Source of the DNA: Paraphysomonas bandaiensis
Lineage: Eukaryota > Protista > Chrysophyceae
DNA: 64,000 bases
Direction of reading: 5' to 3'
Assembly: GCA_965644295.1 (NCBI GenBank)
Contig: CBFFRP010000288.1
Span: forward strand, 372,001-436,000
How positions within the stretch are numbered: the first letter of the stretch is position 1; every line of letters starts with the position of its first letter. The translations under genes were made by a program, and so were the position numbers. Positions 1 to 11,443 of this stretch are shown here, piece by piece. The notes below the pieces were generated by a model that ran no database searches, was not told where the DNA came from, and saw only the letters and a program-made list of their open reading frames with translations.

Positions 1-1
1 G

Positions 2-1222
2 GATGATTCTGCTTATGAAACTGTGACTTTCACATTCGGTATAGAGGGAATTGACCGAGGATCATTCGACATATACAAGCCAGATGAAAATCGTGGTGAT
101 GCGAAATTTGATTCCAACTGGAATCTTGCACAGCCTGCGTGTCAGAGAGCCATGGTTCAGATGTGTGACGACATTGGAACGTTCGAATGTCGATCGGAGG
201 CTTGTAAACCAACCAAGAGAGTGGCCCGGGAAAATACCACAGAGTGCTTCATGAAAGATTTTCGTGTGTGGGCGCAGAGTGTTCATGGTGAATATACATA
301 TAATATGTCGGAAAGTCGCTTTTACTCGGCATTAATGGAATTTCGGGAAGAAGAAACTCAACGTTACAGTGTGTTTTCTGACTGGCAGGAAGCAATCGGG
401 TTCATTGGTGGCGAGCTAAAATTTGGAAGCGTAATATTCACTTCAACTATGGATAGCCGATCTTCTATGCAGCACAAACAAGAGGTAGTTCGTCGATTGG
501 ATGCACTGGTCAAGAAAGTGAAGAATTATGGTGAATGTAATGAATGCGACTGCAGCAGCCTCATGTATACCGGCGAGGGTGCATTCGTGTGGATGAGATC
601 TGAGGAAGGAATCGTGAAAGGGTTTTATCAAGGCTTGTCGATTGCTTTTCCGGTAGCATTCCTCGTGTTACTATGTGCTACTGGAAACATTATCATTGCG
701 ACGTACGCTATTATGACAGTTTTTTTCATTGTGTTTGGGGTTCTAGGATTTATCAATTATTCAATGAATTGGCATCTGGGTATTGCTGAAAGTATAGCTG
801 GCATCATCATTATCGGCTTTTCAGTTGATTATACGGTCCATTTGGGGCATATGTATAATGATGCTGAGCCGAATGGCTTTCATGATAGAAAAAGTAAATT
901 TGAAATGACCAGTCGTGTTTTGCTGCTAACTGTAATTGGTGGAGCAATCACCACAATTGGAGCGGGGGTATTTATGTTTCCCTGTCAATTAATATTCTTC
1001 AATAAAATGGCGGTCCTAATAGTAGCCACTATATTATTCAGCTGGGTGTACGCCCTGGGTTTCTTTATGTCGCTGCTGTATCTGGTTGGCCCGGAAGGTG
1101 CTACGGGGAGCATACCCGTTGCAGTTGCGAAGCTGCGGATATATTTTGATGAGAATCGCGGTATAGGAGAAGCGAAAATTAGCCCCTTCTCTTCTGACCA
1201 TGGACAGAAAAGTTCGTCGTAG
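2..1222 (+). CDS. Dispatched/Patched-family RND (MMPL-like) membrane protein, 3' part; 5' end lies outside the window
   Basis: Frame open from position 2. Cys-rich luminal loop followed by several TM helices with IIIIGFSVDYTVHLGH and GGAITT motifs typical of the second RND repeat. Confidence 0.85.
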   Translation, partial: DDSAYETVTFTFGIEGIDRGSFDIYKPDENRGDAKFDSNWNLAQPACQRAMVQMCDDIGTFECRSEACKPTKRVARENTTECFMKDFRVWAQSVHGEYTYNMSESRFYSALMEFREEETQRYSVFSDWQEAIGFIGGELKFGSVIFTSTMDSRSSMQHKQEVVRRLDALVKKVKNYGECNECDCSSLMYTGEGAFVWMRSEEGIVKGFYQGLSIAFPVAFLVLLCATGNIIIATYAIMTVFFIVFGVLGFINYSMNWHLGIAESIAGIIIIGFSVDYTVHLGHMYNDAEPNGFHDRKSKFEMTSRVLLLTVIGGAITTIGAGVFMFPCQLIFFNKMAVLIVATILFSWVYALGFFMSLLYLVGPEGATGSIPVAVAKLRIYFDENRGIGEAKISPFSSDHGQKSSS

Positions 1223-2310
1223 AAATCCCCGTAGCCAAGTTTGCTTTACATACACTTATGATTGGATAGTATTGTGTATATATATCCTCTCTACGTAATA
1301 TGCACTCCACAGTGTGGTTTTTCTAGTCGAGTTACATGGGCTGCAATGTATGTACACGTTGCAGTGAAACCACAGTATTACAGTATAGTATAATCATAAC
1401 CTTAAATTCATTATTATCTTCCTAGTGGTATCGGCACATATACACGAGTTTTGTTTAGAGTCTCTCTTTCCATTTACTAGTAAACAAGTTCTCAATACAG
1501 TGGGCGATGGGCGACCATTCGAACAAATTTGGACTACTATACTCTTGGAGTGCCCTCCTACTATGCTTGTGTTACACCCCATTCCGACAGTGTGGCCATA
1601 GCGTAGACTCGCTGACACAGCACATATAACAACAAGATTTTACGCTGATGCTACGCTAGCTATCACTCACGTTCACCAACTTAACCCAATAGATCGCGCA
1701 CAGACTCTGTGAGCGCCACTGTACTGCTACATTCTTGTTCGCCTTCTCCAAGAATACGAGGGATTTCTCAAAACTATGCATGCATATGTATCAAATCGAG
1801 CATATTTAACGGGCACCTTCAATACGCCATCTAGGGAGGTGAGATGAGACAACATATATAGGTAGTGAATGTATTATTATGTGAATGTATTGGATGAATT
1901 ACCTCTTGTCACATAACTTGTCGTGTAAAAATCTAGCCAAAGAAATAAAAATTTCATTATCTACATTTATTAATTGATGGCTAGGTGAATACCATATCCC
2001 CAAGTCAACTAAGTCAACCTATCATTGATAACTGAAAATATGAACTGGATTTTCTAAACCTGACTAGGTTTCTACACATTTTTGGCGTGACTAGGAAATT
2101 ACACCAAGTTGACTAGAGGTCCAAAAGTAGACGTCATGTATATTTAATGTGATACTATATCCTAATTTTGTCTCCAAAAAGAAACTGTTTATCTCAGCTA
2201 TGTTATTGACTTCATGGCTATATGACGCAACTTTAGAGAAAGTACAAATAGGAATCACTTTTCAAAGCAAGTTATATAACACTCCAAGTTTCATTCTAAT
2301 GTCGGAGATC

Positions 2311-2520
2311 AGAATGTTGATATACCAGACATCTGCTGATTTTAGAGTCCTCCACGGATGCTTCACTTCAGTAGGCAGCCGAATTACCCGGATGCCTTTA
2401 AGGTGGGACCCATTCCCGGATGCTTGATTTTTGCAGGCATCCCAATACCCCAGATGCCTTTAAGGTGGATTGATGCCTCTTTATTCGTCAAAGTCAGACT
2501 TTGTTGAGGGATCAAAGTTT
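2311..2520 (+). repeat. Dispersed repeat family A, internally deleted and duplicated fragment
   Basis: Shares AGAATGTTGATA, ACATCTGCTGA, CCCGGATGCTTGA and GTCxGACTTTGTTGAGGG with the copies at 6.2, 15.8 and 34.6 kb. Confidence 0.8.
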
Positions 2521-3657
2521 GGTGACGGATACGATGCACACAACATTCGAGTCAGTTGTAGGTTGTAGTAGCAAGCTAGCAAAGGTTAAGCCTGTTTACG
2601 TAGATGTGATACTAACGACAACAAGAAGCCTCACCATGTGATTACAATATACAAATTTCAATACCTCGCATTGCTATTCCTTTAGTGTTCTTCTGCCGTT
2701 ACGGTATACTTGTAATCAATTATTAAAATTTCGGAGTATGTGTTTTAGAGTTAGTGTAGTTAGTACATAAACTATTCTCTTATGTAGATACGATATATTT
2801 TAAACAGTAACCTACTTCCTCGAGTAGCAAGCAAACTACAAATAACTATGCATTCTAAATATGAGGTTTTGAACATAATGAGCGGGATACACAAGCTACA
2901 ATTTCAAAGTTTTGAGCACGGGACTTTTCAGATCCTTAAAACCTATGATTAAATATAACTATAGAGCGATAAATCTCAAGTACACATGGAGTATGACATT
3001 GCAAAAAAAGAAGCAACACACATTGTATTAGGACTGCACTATGTATTCATCAGACGCTGGTAGTTTTCGTCCCATTGCATTAAGGCTTCTTAAGTCATTA
3101 GCTGTAGTGAACACATCTTTCAGATTGGAATCATGTCGTTTCTTCGAGGTACTTGAAGAACACGAGAACACGATGTGGATTGTTAACGCGTGATAGACTG
3201 ATAGACATTAGTGCATATGTAACTACTCTGATGTAATTCAATTACATTGCTAATTATCAGAGACTCAGAGAATGAGATCTTGAGAGGACGACGAAGTGAT
3301 TTCACAAGCGATGAGTTGTGTATAGTGAGTTACATCGTCACTGTATGTGTATATGTATGTATATGAGTATAAGAGGTAGCTATACTACTCGGCTGTGACT
3401 CTCACGTATTGAGACTGCACTCTAATCTAGAGTATGTGATCCTGTGGTAATGATGTAAGTGGAACTTACAAGGTGAATTCATTATAGATATGTACACTTT
3501 GGGTACATGATAATGATATCCATGTATATGATGTGGGTGGATTGATGCATGAGCATATGATGATGGTTTGTATTGGTGTTGTGGTAAATATCAGTGTTTT
3601 TTGTGAGGTAAGAGTGATGGATGTAAAAACTGGTGGTGTTGTGTATGTGTGTGGTGG

Positions 3658-3663
3658 AAAAAA
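3658..3663 (-). terminator. Pol III-type T6 terminator after U3
   Basis: A6 on the plus strand, 6 nt beyond the U3 terminal stem. Confidence 0.6.
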
Positions 3664-3669
3664 TGGGGG

Positions 3670-3874
3670 CTCTATTCTCATAATGCCGGTTCACGCATCG
3701 GATCCAAAGGACCCGCCGATCTTCAATAAATGACAGCCCGAAGGCAGATCATTATCAACTTCCCGCTCAAGCGTGACCGACTTTATACGATCATCAAATA
3801 GAGATTGGGTGTCTATTTTGAATTGATAGACGTGGAGAAAATACTATACAAAGATTCTGTACAAGTATGATCTT
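3670..3874 (-). ncRNA. U3: U3 snoRNA (~205 nt)
   Basis: Minus strand starts AAGAUCAUACUUGUACAGAAUCUUUGUAUAG (box A'/A). Terminal stem CUCUAUU/AAUAGAG, box C' UGAUGA, box B GAGCGGGAAG, GCC-UUCG-GGC hairpin, box C AUUGAAGAUCG, hairpin GGGUCC/GGAUCC, central stem GUCGGUCACGC/GCGUGAACCGGC, box D variant AUGA. Confidence 0.85.
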
Positions 3875-3897
3875 GATTCAGTTAGTGCTATCATTGC

Positions 3898-3907
3898 TAT
3901 TTATATA
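3898..3907 (-). promoter_or_regulatory. TATA box of U3 gene (-33 to -24)
   Basis: TATATAAATA on the minus strand, at U6/plant-U3-like spacing from the inferred start at 3874. Confidence 0.6.
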
Positions 3908-4005
3908 GTTTATATTTTACCCAAAATATAAAATATGTATTTGACATCAAAATAAAATACATCACAGCTGAGCTTTTTTGTACATGTCAAAAAGAAAAAA
4001 ATATA

Positions 4006-4098
4006 TGCAGAATCTGGGAATCGAACCCAGGTTTACACGGACTTTCGCCACGTTGTAGGCTCCACAACGTGTTGTCCTAACCACTAGACGAATTCTGC
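4006..4098 (-). tRNA. trnH-GUG: tRNA-His(GUG) with 21-nt intron at 37/38 (intron 4041-4061)
   Basis: Acceptor stem GCAGAAT/ATTCTGC plus A73, D-arm with TAGTGGTTAGGAC, anticodon stem ACACG/CGTGT, anticodon GTG, T-arm CTGGGTTCGATTCCCAG, and a T7 terminator at 3995-4001. Confidence 0.95.
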
Positions 4099-5039
4099 CA
4101 TACGGGCCAAAGCACCGCGCAGATTTCTTATTGGGGATTGATTTTTTACTATATATAAAGGAAATTTTATATATTCAAGTCCCCGTGCGTCACATACGAG
4201 TAGCAGAGACAGCCATATCCACAGTACGTAGATACTGTGTATGTAAAGATCATCATGCTCTCTTGCTATCTTAAGTATGGTATCTCTTCGCAATCATCAG
4301 ATTCTTTGTCTATATGATCCGATAGATTGACTGTTAAAGGCGATGAGGAGATACTATACATACATGCATACATACATATAGCAACACACGCATATATCAG
4401 CATCATCTAACAGTACATGAGTACATCGATTCTCAGTTAACAGAGAAACAGTTCATTAATAAAGATCTACAATACAATTGATAACTTGTTACAGTGTGAG
4501 TTGATTGAAACGATCCTGCTCATGTTAGTATGGGTTGCTATATGGTGATGGAGTCTCGAGCCAACTCTTTTCACCTCACTTGAATATCATCATATCAAAT
4601 ACTATTCTGTACTTCATATACATACGAGGGCTCATCCTCGTCATGGAAAGGAGCTAGATATCTTGTTCAATGTTTTACATGCCTTTTTTGATGTATATAG
4701 TGTCACTTTTGTAGAAATGTATGTGTATCGCACAATTTATTGTATAGTTCTGTTTTATTGCATCAATAAGTAGCGTACAAAACAATTAAATGTTGTCGTC
4801 CTTAAAAATTAATATATTTAAACCACGAAGGTATCAAGTAGTCCAGCTATTCAGTGTCTTTGAATAGATTAGGTGATTTCGATTAATCCTCATATACACC
4901 TCAGCCGGGTAGTTGTCAAACTTCGGCACCTTACTGCCCTCTTTCGCCTTCTCGCCCGAAGCAACATCACTTGCTAACATGTTAGAAATGGATATTTTGC
5001 TTTGTTGCATACAATGTACTTTCAAGAAAGAATTGTAAC

Positions 5040-5187
5040 GTTTATTCTAAACACTTCACATATCATTCATGTAGCATCTGATGAATATCTGTTCTTTTTT
5101 TCCAGCTGCTTATCATACGTTCACCAGTCAATCTCAAATTCATATATATCTTAAATAGCCATATATTGGTAACTGAATTTACTTCCG
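5040..5187 (-). repeat. Dispersed repeat family B fragment (homologous to 17253-17370)
   Basis: Shared blocks GGAAGTAAATTC(A/G)GTTAC, GACTGGTGAAC and CAGATG(C/T)TACATGAAT in the same order. Confidence 0.7.
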
Positions 5188-6231
5188 TTATAACTAAATT
5201 TAACTTTTTCAACTATGGCGTTTTCATCTGTAGCATACTATTAACTCACTTCAATTTCACAATATATATCATATTTTACAGGTGAATTCAACATTTACTA
5301 ATTCTTTTAACTATTTTTTTCAGTGAGGCGTTAATAAGACTTCCAATTTCTTACTTTTGTCTGTTATATAATGAAGTGTGCTGGCAGTCTAACCATCTGT
5401 TAATGAATGTTGATACTGTATACAAGTAGTGCATACATTACATTTCGCCTACGAATTCAAATGAGAATGGGGCAGCTTTTTGTGACCAAGTCCGATGTAG
5501 CTCCACAGTATCCTCCATTTCATGGGCGTAACCTCACAATCTTAGAATGTGGGTAACGATGTCATCAGGGGCATCAGACAACCGACACTGCCATCGAACA
5601 TTATTGTAATTAGATTCTACGAGGTAATCCAAGCACTTGCCATTCATGTTCTTCTGGCCTAATGACACCAATGAATTCATCGTGAAGCCAACAGCTTTTC
5701 CTTGCAGACCTGATGCGCTAAATATGTGTTTCACATCAATACCCCCTGTGGAAACATTCAAGCTAATGATGTAGAGAGCCATAAATGTATTACACATACC
5801 TCGACAGTGATGTACGGCTTAAGATCCATCGTTATATACAAAGGAGCTATATAGATATGTTTCTAGATGTACATACACTGCGTTAAGTTGATATCTATAT
5901 ATGAATTAATTGTTAAGTTTGAATGTATGTTTCGATGCTATGCAAGCCATTAATAAGTATGTATTGTAGTGTGAGAAAGCATCTTAGACAGTCACACTGT
6001 GTAATCATGGATGTAAGAACGGCTAGGATTAACACTAATATTGACGAGGTTGAATAATATTTCCCAGTAGTGGCAGTAAGTTGTCCCGATTGAATCAGCA
6101 ATAGAACAACGCGCATACTGGAGTATTGCTGAAGGCAGTCGTTATCAGTACATAGCATTAACTGCATTAAAAGATAATATACAACTGAGTCTTGCTTATA
6201 CCTAATAGGGTAATGACAAAGGGTAATAATA

Positions 6232-6701
6232 TACAGTAGTGAATGTTTTTTACATTGGCTATTATAGGCGTTTAAGAGTCAGTGCTTATCTCTGATATCT
6301 TACAATTAAAAGCTACGAAAGATGCTTATGCGTCACTACAAGCGCCATGGTGCAACCACTTTCGCTCTATCAGTGAGCAAGCAGAATGTTGATAATAATA
6401 TGACCTAACATCTGCTGACTTCAGGATTTTTAAGTCCTGAAGGTGAACATCCCGGATGCTTGACTTCAGCAGGCAGCCAAATACCCCGAATGCTTGTTTA
6501 TTCGTCGGGGCCCAAAGACGTCTACACAAGTGACACTTATATTAGTGTCCCTTCTTGTTCCACGCAAACATTAGGCCGTGAGTGGGCAGAACATTATGTG
6601 CTGACTATATGTAGGCGGCTCACGTTAGTTTCCGGAGAAATCTCTCCGGTACTTTCCCCCCAGAACACCACGAAAAGGTGCGAGTCCGACTGTGTCGAAG
6701 G
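6232..6701 (+). mobile_element. Repeat family A copy (~470 bp non-autonomous element)
   Basis: Collinear with 34575-35047 and the reverse complement of 15822-16350. Starts TACAGTAGTGAATG. Confidence 0.8.
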
Positions 6702-6733
6702 TAGTAATATACAGCAGATATGTCAATATTATG

Positions 6734-7549
6734 CAGGCTTGCGTAACAATTAATTGGTGAGAGGTATCCAATAATAATATAATAATCGCGATTATTAATC
6801 ACCTTCAATTCTATTTCTGGCTTTGAAACTTTCTGAACTATAATCTATCTCATCCCAAAGATGCCATTATACACACAGAGACATCAATAATTATTGCATG
6901 GTGGCAATCATAACAACCTTAGCTCGGCTAATAAACAACCTCTCACAAACATTAGTAGTGCTGTACAAATCCTTCATGCAACGATATCGTGTTAGAAGTT
7001 AGGTGCGTGCTTTCTTGTGCTTTTGGTTGTCATTGAGTAAACGAATGGCCTCATCATCTCCTATAATCCTCCATCGCTTCATTGAATTCAGATTTGTCTG
7101 AACTCATGCTTATCATTTATGAAAAAGAAGATTCGTACCTTTTTTTTGACTTCTGCTTTCCCAAAATCTGCATTTAGTTCAACGTCTACGTCTGTGCTCA
7201 AGTAAAATTTCATCCCGGGGTACTGAGACAAATTAAATAATTAAATTGTACCTGCTGGACATATCAATCTGTTCCTCTCCGTAGATCAAGTATTGCAACA
7301 GTTTACCAACGATGTATACTGATCCCCACAACAAAGTTGGAGTCGCAACTATTTGTGGTTTTTTGGGGGATAAGTACCGGAGAGATTTCTACAGGAGAGT
7401 AATGTTAGGTGCTTATATATAGTCAGCAGACATTGTGCTGCCCACTTTTAGCCGAATGCTTGTGTGGTACAAGGGACAATAAAAATACAAAAATCATTTT
7501 CTAATCAATTAATTTTATAGCCGATTCAATTAATCGTTAAGCAAGCTTG
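6734..7549. mobile_element. Degenerate hAT-like MITE related to 7708-8461
   Basis: Left end CAGGCTTGCGTAACAATTAATTG; reverse complement of right end CAAGCTTGCTTAACGATTAATTG. No TSD visible. A family A fragment is nested inside. Confidence 0.45.
7321..7478 (-). repeat. Repeat family A distal fragment
   Basis: GGGGATAAGTACCGGAGAGATT and CCGAATGCTTGTGTGGTACAAGGGACA match the other copies. Confidence 0.8.
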
Positions 7550-7707
7550 CCACGCACATCATGTTTGGAGCATTGTGTGTGTAATTTTTTATTGGAAAAT
7601 TTCAAGTAACTACAACAAATATATTTGCTATGATTCATCTGCAGTGTGTGAACATTCGGAGGACTCTTTCGTAGATAGGTTTATGAGTACTCTGATGATG
7701 TCCTCAT

Positions 7708-8461
7708 CAGGGCTGCGTAACAATTAATTGAATTGCAATTAAATTGCATAGAACATACGAAATAATTGCTCGCTGTAAGGTTGCAATTAAATTGCAATTA
7801 ATTGGCAATTATTAATTATATAGTATAAGAGCACATTATAATCTTAGAATTAGCTAAACATTAAGGACGATGGCCATTTATTGCCCTTATAATGGCTATT
7901 ACAATGGCTATTACAATATAGTGGGAAGGTTGACCTCTCATTATAATAACATTTTCTTTACATTAAGAAAGGTACTGTTTTTTTGAACGGTCGATTATGT
8001 GTCTTTCCTCTTGATTTTGAGCTACAAAACTTAGTTCAGCTCGATCCATGGTGTATATGTAATGCTCAATACCCCTCCAGTTGAAGATATATATCTATAT
8101 GTAGTGTGGCAATCATGTTCCTCTGATCCTGGATGCCTTACAAGACACTGCAGGTTTGAAGTTCACTATGAACTGGATGTGCCGCGGTGGTATGGACATG
8201 GATTATCAGGGCTTTTCACTGTTTTTTGCAGACGAAAACCTGGATATATAGAGTTTTAACCATGTATATATCATACTCTATCAATTATATCATCATACGG
8301 TTGAAGATGCTATACGTGTTTGAAGTGGGTAACTAAGTTAATTAGACAATAATAATTGGCACAATTAAATTGCAATTATAATTGCGCGAGCTATAACTAA
8401 TAATTGCAATTTAATTGCAAAAAAACATTTGCAATTAAATTGCAATTGTTACGCAGCCCTG
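7708..8461. mobile_element. Non-autonomous hAT transposon (MITE), 754 bp
   Basis: Perfect 18-bp TIRs CAGGGCTGCGTAACAATT, 8-bp TSD gtcctcat/gccctcat (1 mismatch), and subterminal AATTGCAATT arrays at both ends. Confidence 0.9.
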
Positions 8462-8753
8462 GCCCTCATACGTTTGTGTTATGTCTCTAGGTATTTATCA
8501 GCTACTCAATCACCTACTGAGCCATTGTACGATGCAGGCAGGGTTTTATTTACCCATAGTGCTTTGACACTAAGAGCCAATCTCTCCGACTTTTACATGA
8601 AAGTTTTACTTTCGTTTTTTCTTACATCGTAAATTTCATACGCCACCTTACTCATACATAATCAATCCACTGCGTATACTGCCATGCAATACCTAGCAAC
8701 ATTAAAAAGGTACATACAGAACAGACTATAACGACCAGAACGATTTTGTCAAA

Positions 8754-10760
8754 TCAAAAATCATATAGATCATCATCGCCACCACGAGAGCTTCCACCTA
8801 CGGAAGCAGAGGCCTTCGCCTTTTGTGCACTTCCCGTCTTTGACGGTGCAACCGGACTCGGAGCCTCCTCAGCTCCACTGATCGGGTCATCCGCTGGCTG
8901 AATACTTTTTTGAAGTATCCACTTCCTAATCCTAGTCTTTAGATCATTCATCGGTGTCAGGTCAGCTTCTGACAAAGGAGCACCTATATTCAAAGTTTGG
9001 TTACTCAATAATAGACAATTATCTATGCATGACCTGTCAGAGGGCATATGTGGCCCTGCTTCTTCAACCACTCCTCGATTATACTTCTCTCAAACACATT
9101 TCCGTATACCGTCTTGACGGGTTCTGTCATCTGCCTCTGACAAAGCTCGCATACGAATTCTTTTGGCACATCCTTCGGCATGCTCAGCTCCCTCGCAGGA
9201 GTCTTCTTTTTACGTTTCTTCTTTCCCTCCGGGGAGACACTGCTGGGATTTTTCTGTGGGCTTCCACCACCTCCAGTTGACTGAAGCATTGGTAAATCTC
9301 CTAGTATTGGGCCACTGTGCAATAGTTGGGGAGAAGAAACCTCCGCGGCTTCCTCTTTACATGATCGAGTGGAAGGGGTTTTAGGGGCCTTACTGCGGGG
9401 AGGCTTCTGGGCACTGGAATAGGATCCATCCTCAAGATGGTGTGAGTCTTCACCAACCTCTTTATTTTCTTTCATATCTGCGTAGATAACATCAAGTCAA
9501 AAATACATACACTATAAGTAAGATAAAACATCAAAGGAGGCTGAGAAATACATCCTTAAAGCTCAACAGACTCAAGTACCTTTTCTCTCAGATGAAGAGT
9601 AAGTCAGTTCCTGGAGAACTGTCATCATATCAATAGTATCTTTATCATTTCGCGGGAGTGTTCCTTTACACCCCATGTCCGAGAGCATATCTCGAATAAT
9701 CTGCAGTCCCGCAAGATGAAACGGGAGTGCACCCGAATGAGTCCGAATAGAAGAGTCCGCGCCGGACAGAAGGAGTACTTTGACAGTCTCAATCCTATTG
9801 TAGAAGCATGCTTCATGCAAGGCTGTCCAACCGAGGATATTCCGAAGGTTCTTGTCCGCTCCTCGATCCAGCAGTTCCTGTCAGGGTGCATAGAGCAGTG
9901 TCAGAAGGTCACGACAAGTCAGTCAAATATCGCACCTGCACAATGCGAGAAAATCCACATCGAGCCGCTTCCGCTAGTGCCGCCTGAGCGGGTGTGCTGA
10001 CGAAAGGAGAAGAAGATGAGAGATCTTCTGGAGGAATATAGTCTGGCCGTGCACCATGCTGCAGCAACTTGGCAACGATGTTAACAAACCCACGATGACA
10101 GGCTTCCAGTAAAGGGGTATATCCGTACGAATTCGTGGTGTTTACATCCGCCCCAGCTTCTGATAGGCGATTAACCAGAGGTTCTACACCGTAGGCACAT
10201 GCCCTTAAGAAGCAGCATTATCAACACATCACACTGAAAGGAGGAATACATACATGTGGAGAGGCGTCCATCCCTTGTTGAAAGTACCGGGACCTGGAAT
10301 ATCATGCTCATAACACCATCGCAAAATATACTTGATATTTACCTATATTGGTCTTTGTGTCCAGATAACCACCACGCTTTACAGTTTCCTCAATGAGCTT
10401 CGTACCGGCTTGAACAGTAAGGAAACTCATACAACAAGCATGCAAAGGAGTCCATCCAGCATCATTTGGTTCAAGTGGAGTTTCAAGATAAATTTTATCA
10501 TTACCAACTTCAACATAAAACATATTATCAAGTACTTCAATATTTAATTGATCATCATGATCCTCATCATCTGTATCATATTCATTAGAAAATAATGAAA
10601 ATGGTGTAGCATTTTTTAATTTTGGTGCACGTTTTGAATGAAAATCATAAATTCTATACATTCCAGGGAAAGCAATAGCTGCTATAGCCCTTCCAACCAT
10701 GAGAGTAGCTGAGAGCATATCATCTACACTACCACTACTAGCTGATGAAGCAGCTCCCAT
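8754..10760 (-). CDS. Ankyrin-repeat + U-box E3 ubiquitin ligase (multi-exon, MG start)
   Basis: Spliced ANK repeats (GWTPLHAC, GWTPLH, GYTPLLEAC, GWTALHEAC) and U-box (VPKEFVCELCQRQMTEPV...FERSIIEEWL...CPLTG). GT-AG introns restore the frame. Confidence 0.85.
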
Positions 10761-11443
10761 ACTTTATATATTGTATAATGTATGTATGTATATGGAGAGA
10801 GAGATATGTGTAATGATAAATGGATTGATAGAGTGAGAATGGTTACAGAGGTATGGAGATAATAGTTTCCTCTGATATATAGTTGAGTTTAAGTGTGGGG
10901 AGTAGAGCAGGTCTCTCTCTCTCTATATATATGTGCGTATGTATGTATATATGAGAGATAGCCGCATACTGCTGCATGAAGACACCATCTCTACAATATT
11001 TTCAGTTTCGTGGTAAAGGTTTGTACCACAGTACAATGTATATATACAACAGTATCTACGTACACAGGTCGGTAAGTACAAGTTACTATTAGTTGGATAT
11101 ATATGACCATATTAGCTGTAAGTATCGGCAACCTTTGTATATTTTTGTTCAGAGATGCCTCTAATATTGAGACAATAATTATCTGTATTCTAGCCGTAGT
11201 TGTATATCAGTAATGTAGAGAATTTTTGCTTCAATTTATTTACGCAAAATACGATGCTGACTGCCGATACTATGAGATCACACACTGTTCATATAGATAG
11301 AATGAGATCTCAATTATACATCTAATCACAATCCACACATCACACTAATCACCTTCAAAGATCCCTTGATCTCTTCATCATATCACAGAAGAACTTCACC
11401 CTTTCCTATCTATTAAACCATACATATATACATATAAACAGAT

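Noticed and set aside
1496-1723. TACAGTGG...CCACTGTA possible Tc1/mariner MITE
   Set aside because: Only ~8-10 bp of inverted match and no second copy in the window.
6412-6450. Hammerhead-like CTGCTGA-stem-GTGAAC in repeat family A
   Set aside because: The core is not CUGANGA/GAAA and the stem is not conserved in other copies.
7708-8461. AATTGCAATT arrays as CRISPR-like repeats
   Set aside because: Irregular subterminal MITE repeats with no repeat-spacer periodicity and no cas genes.
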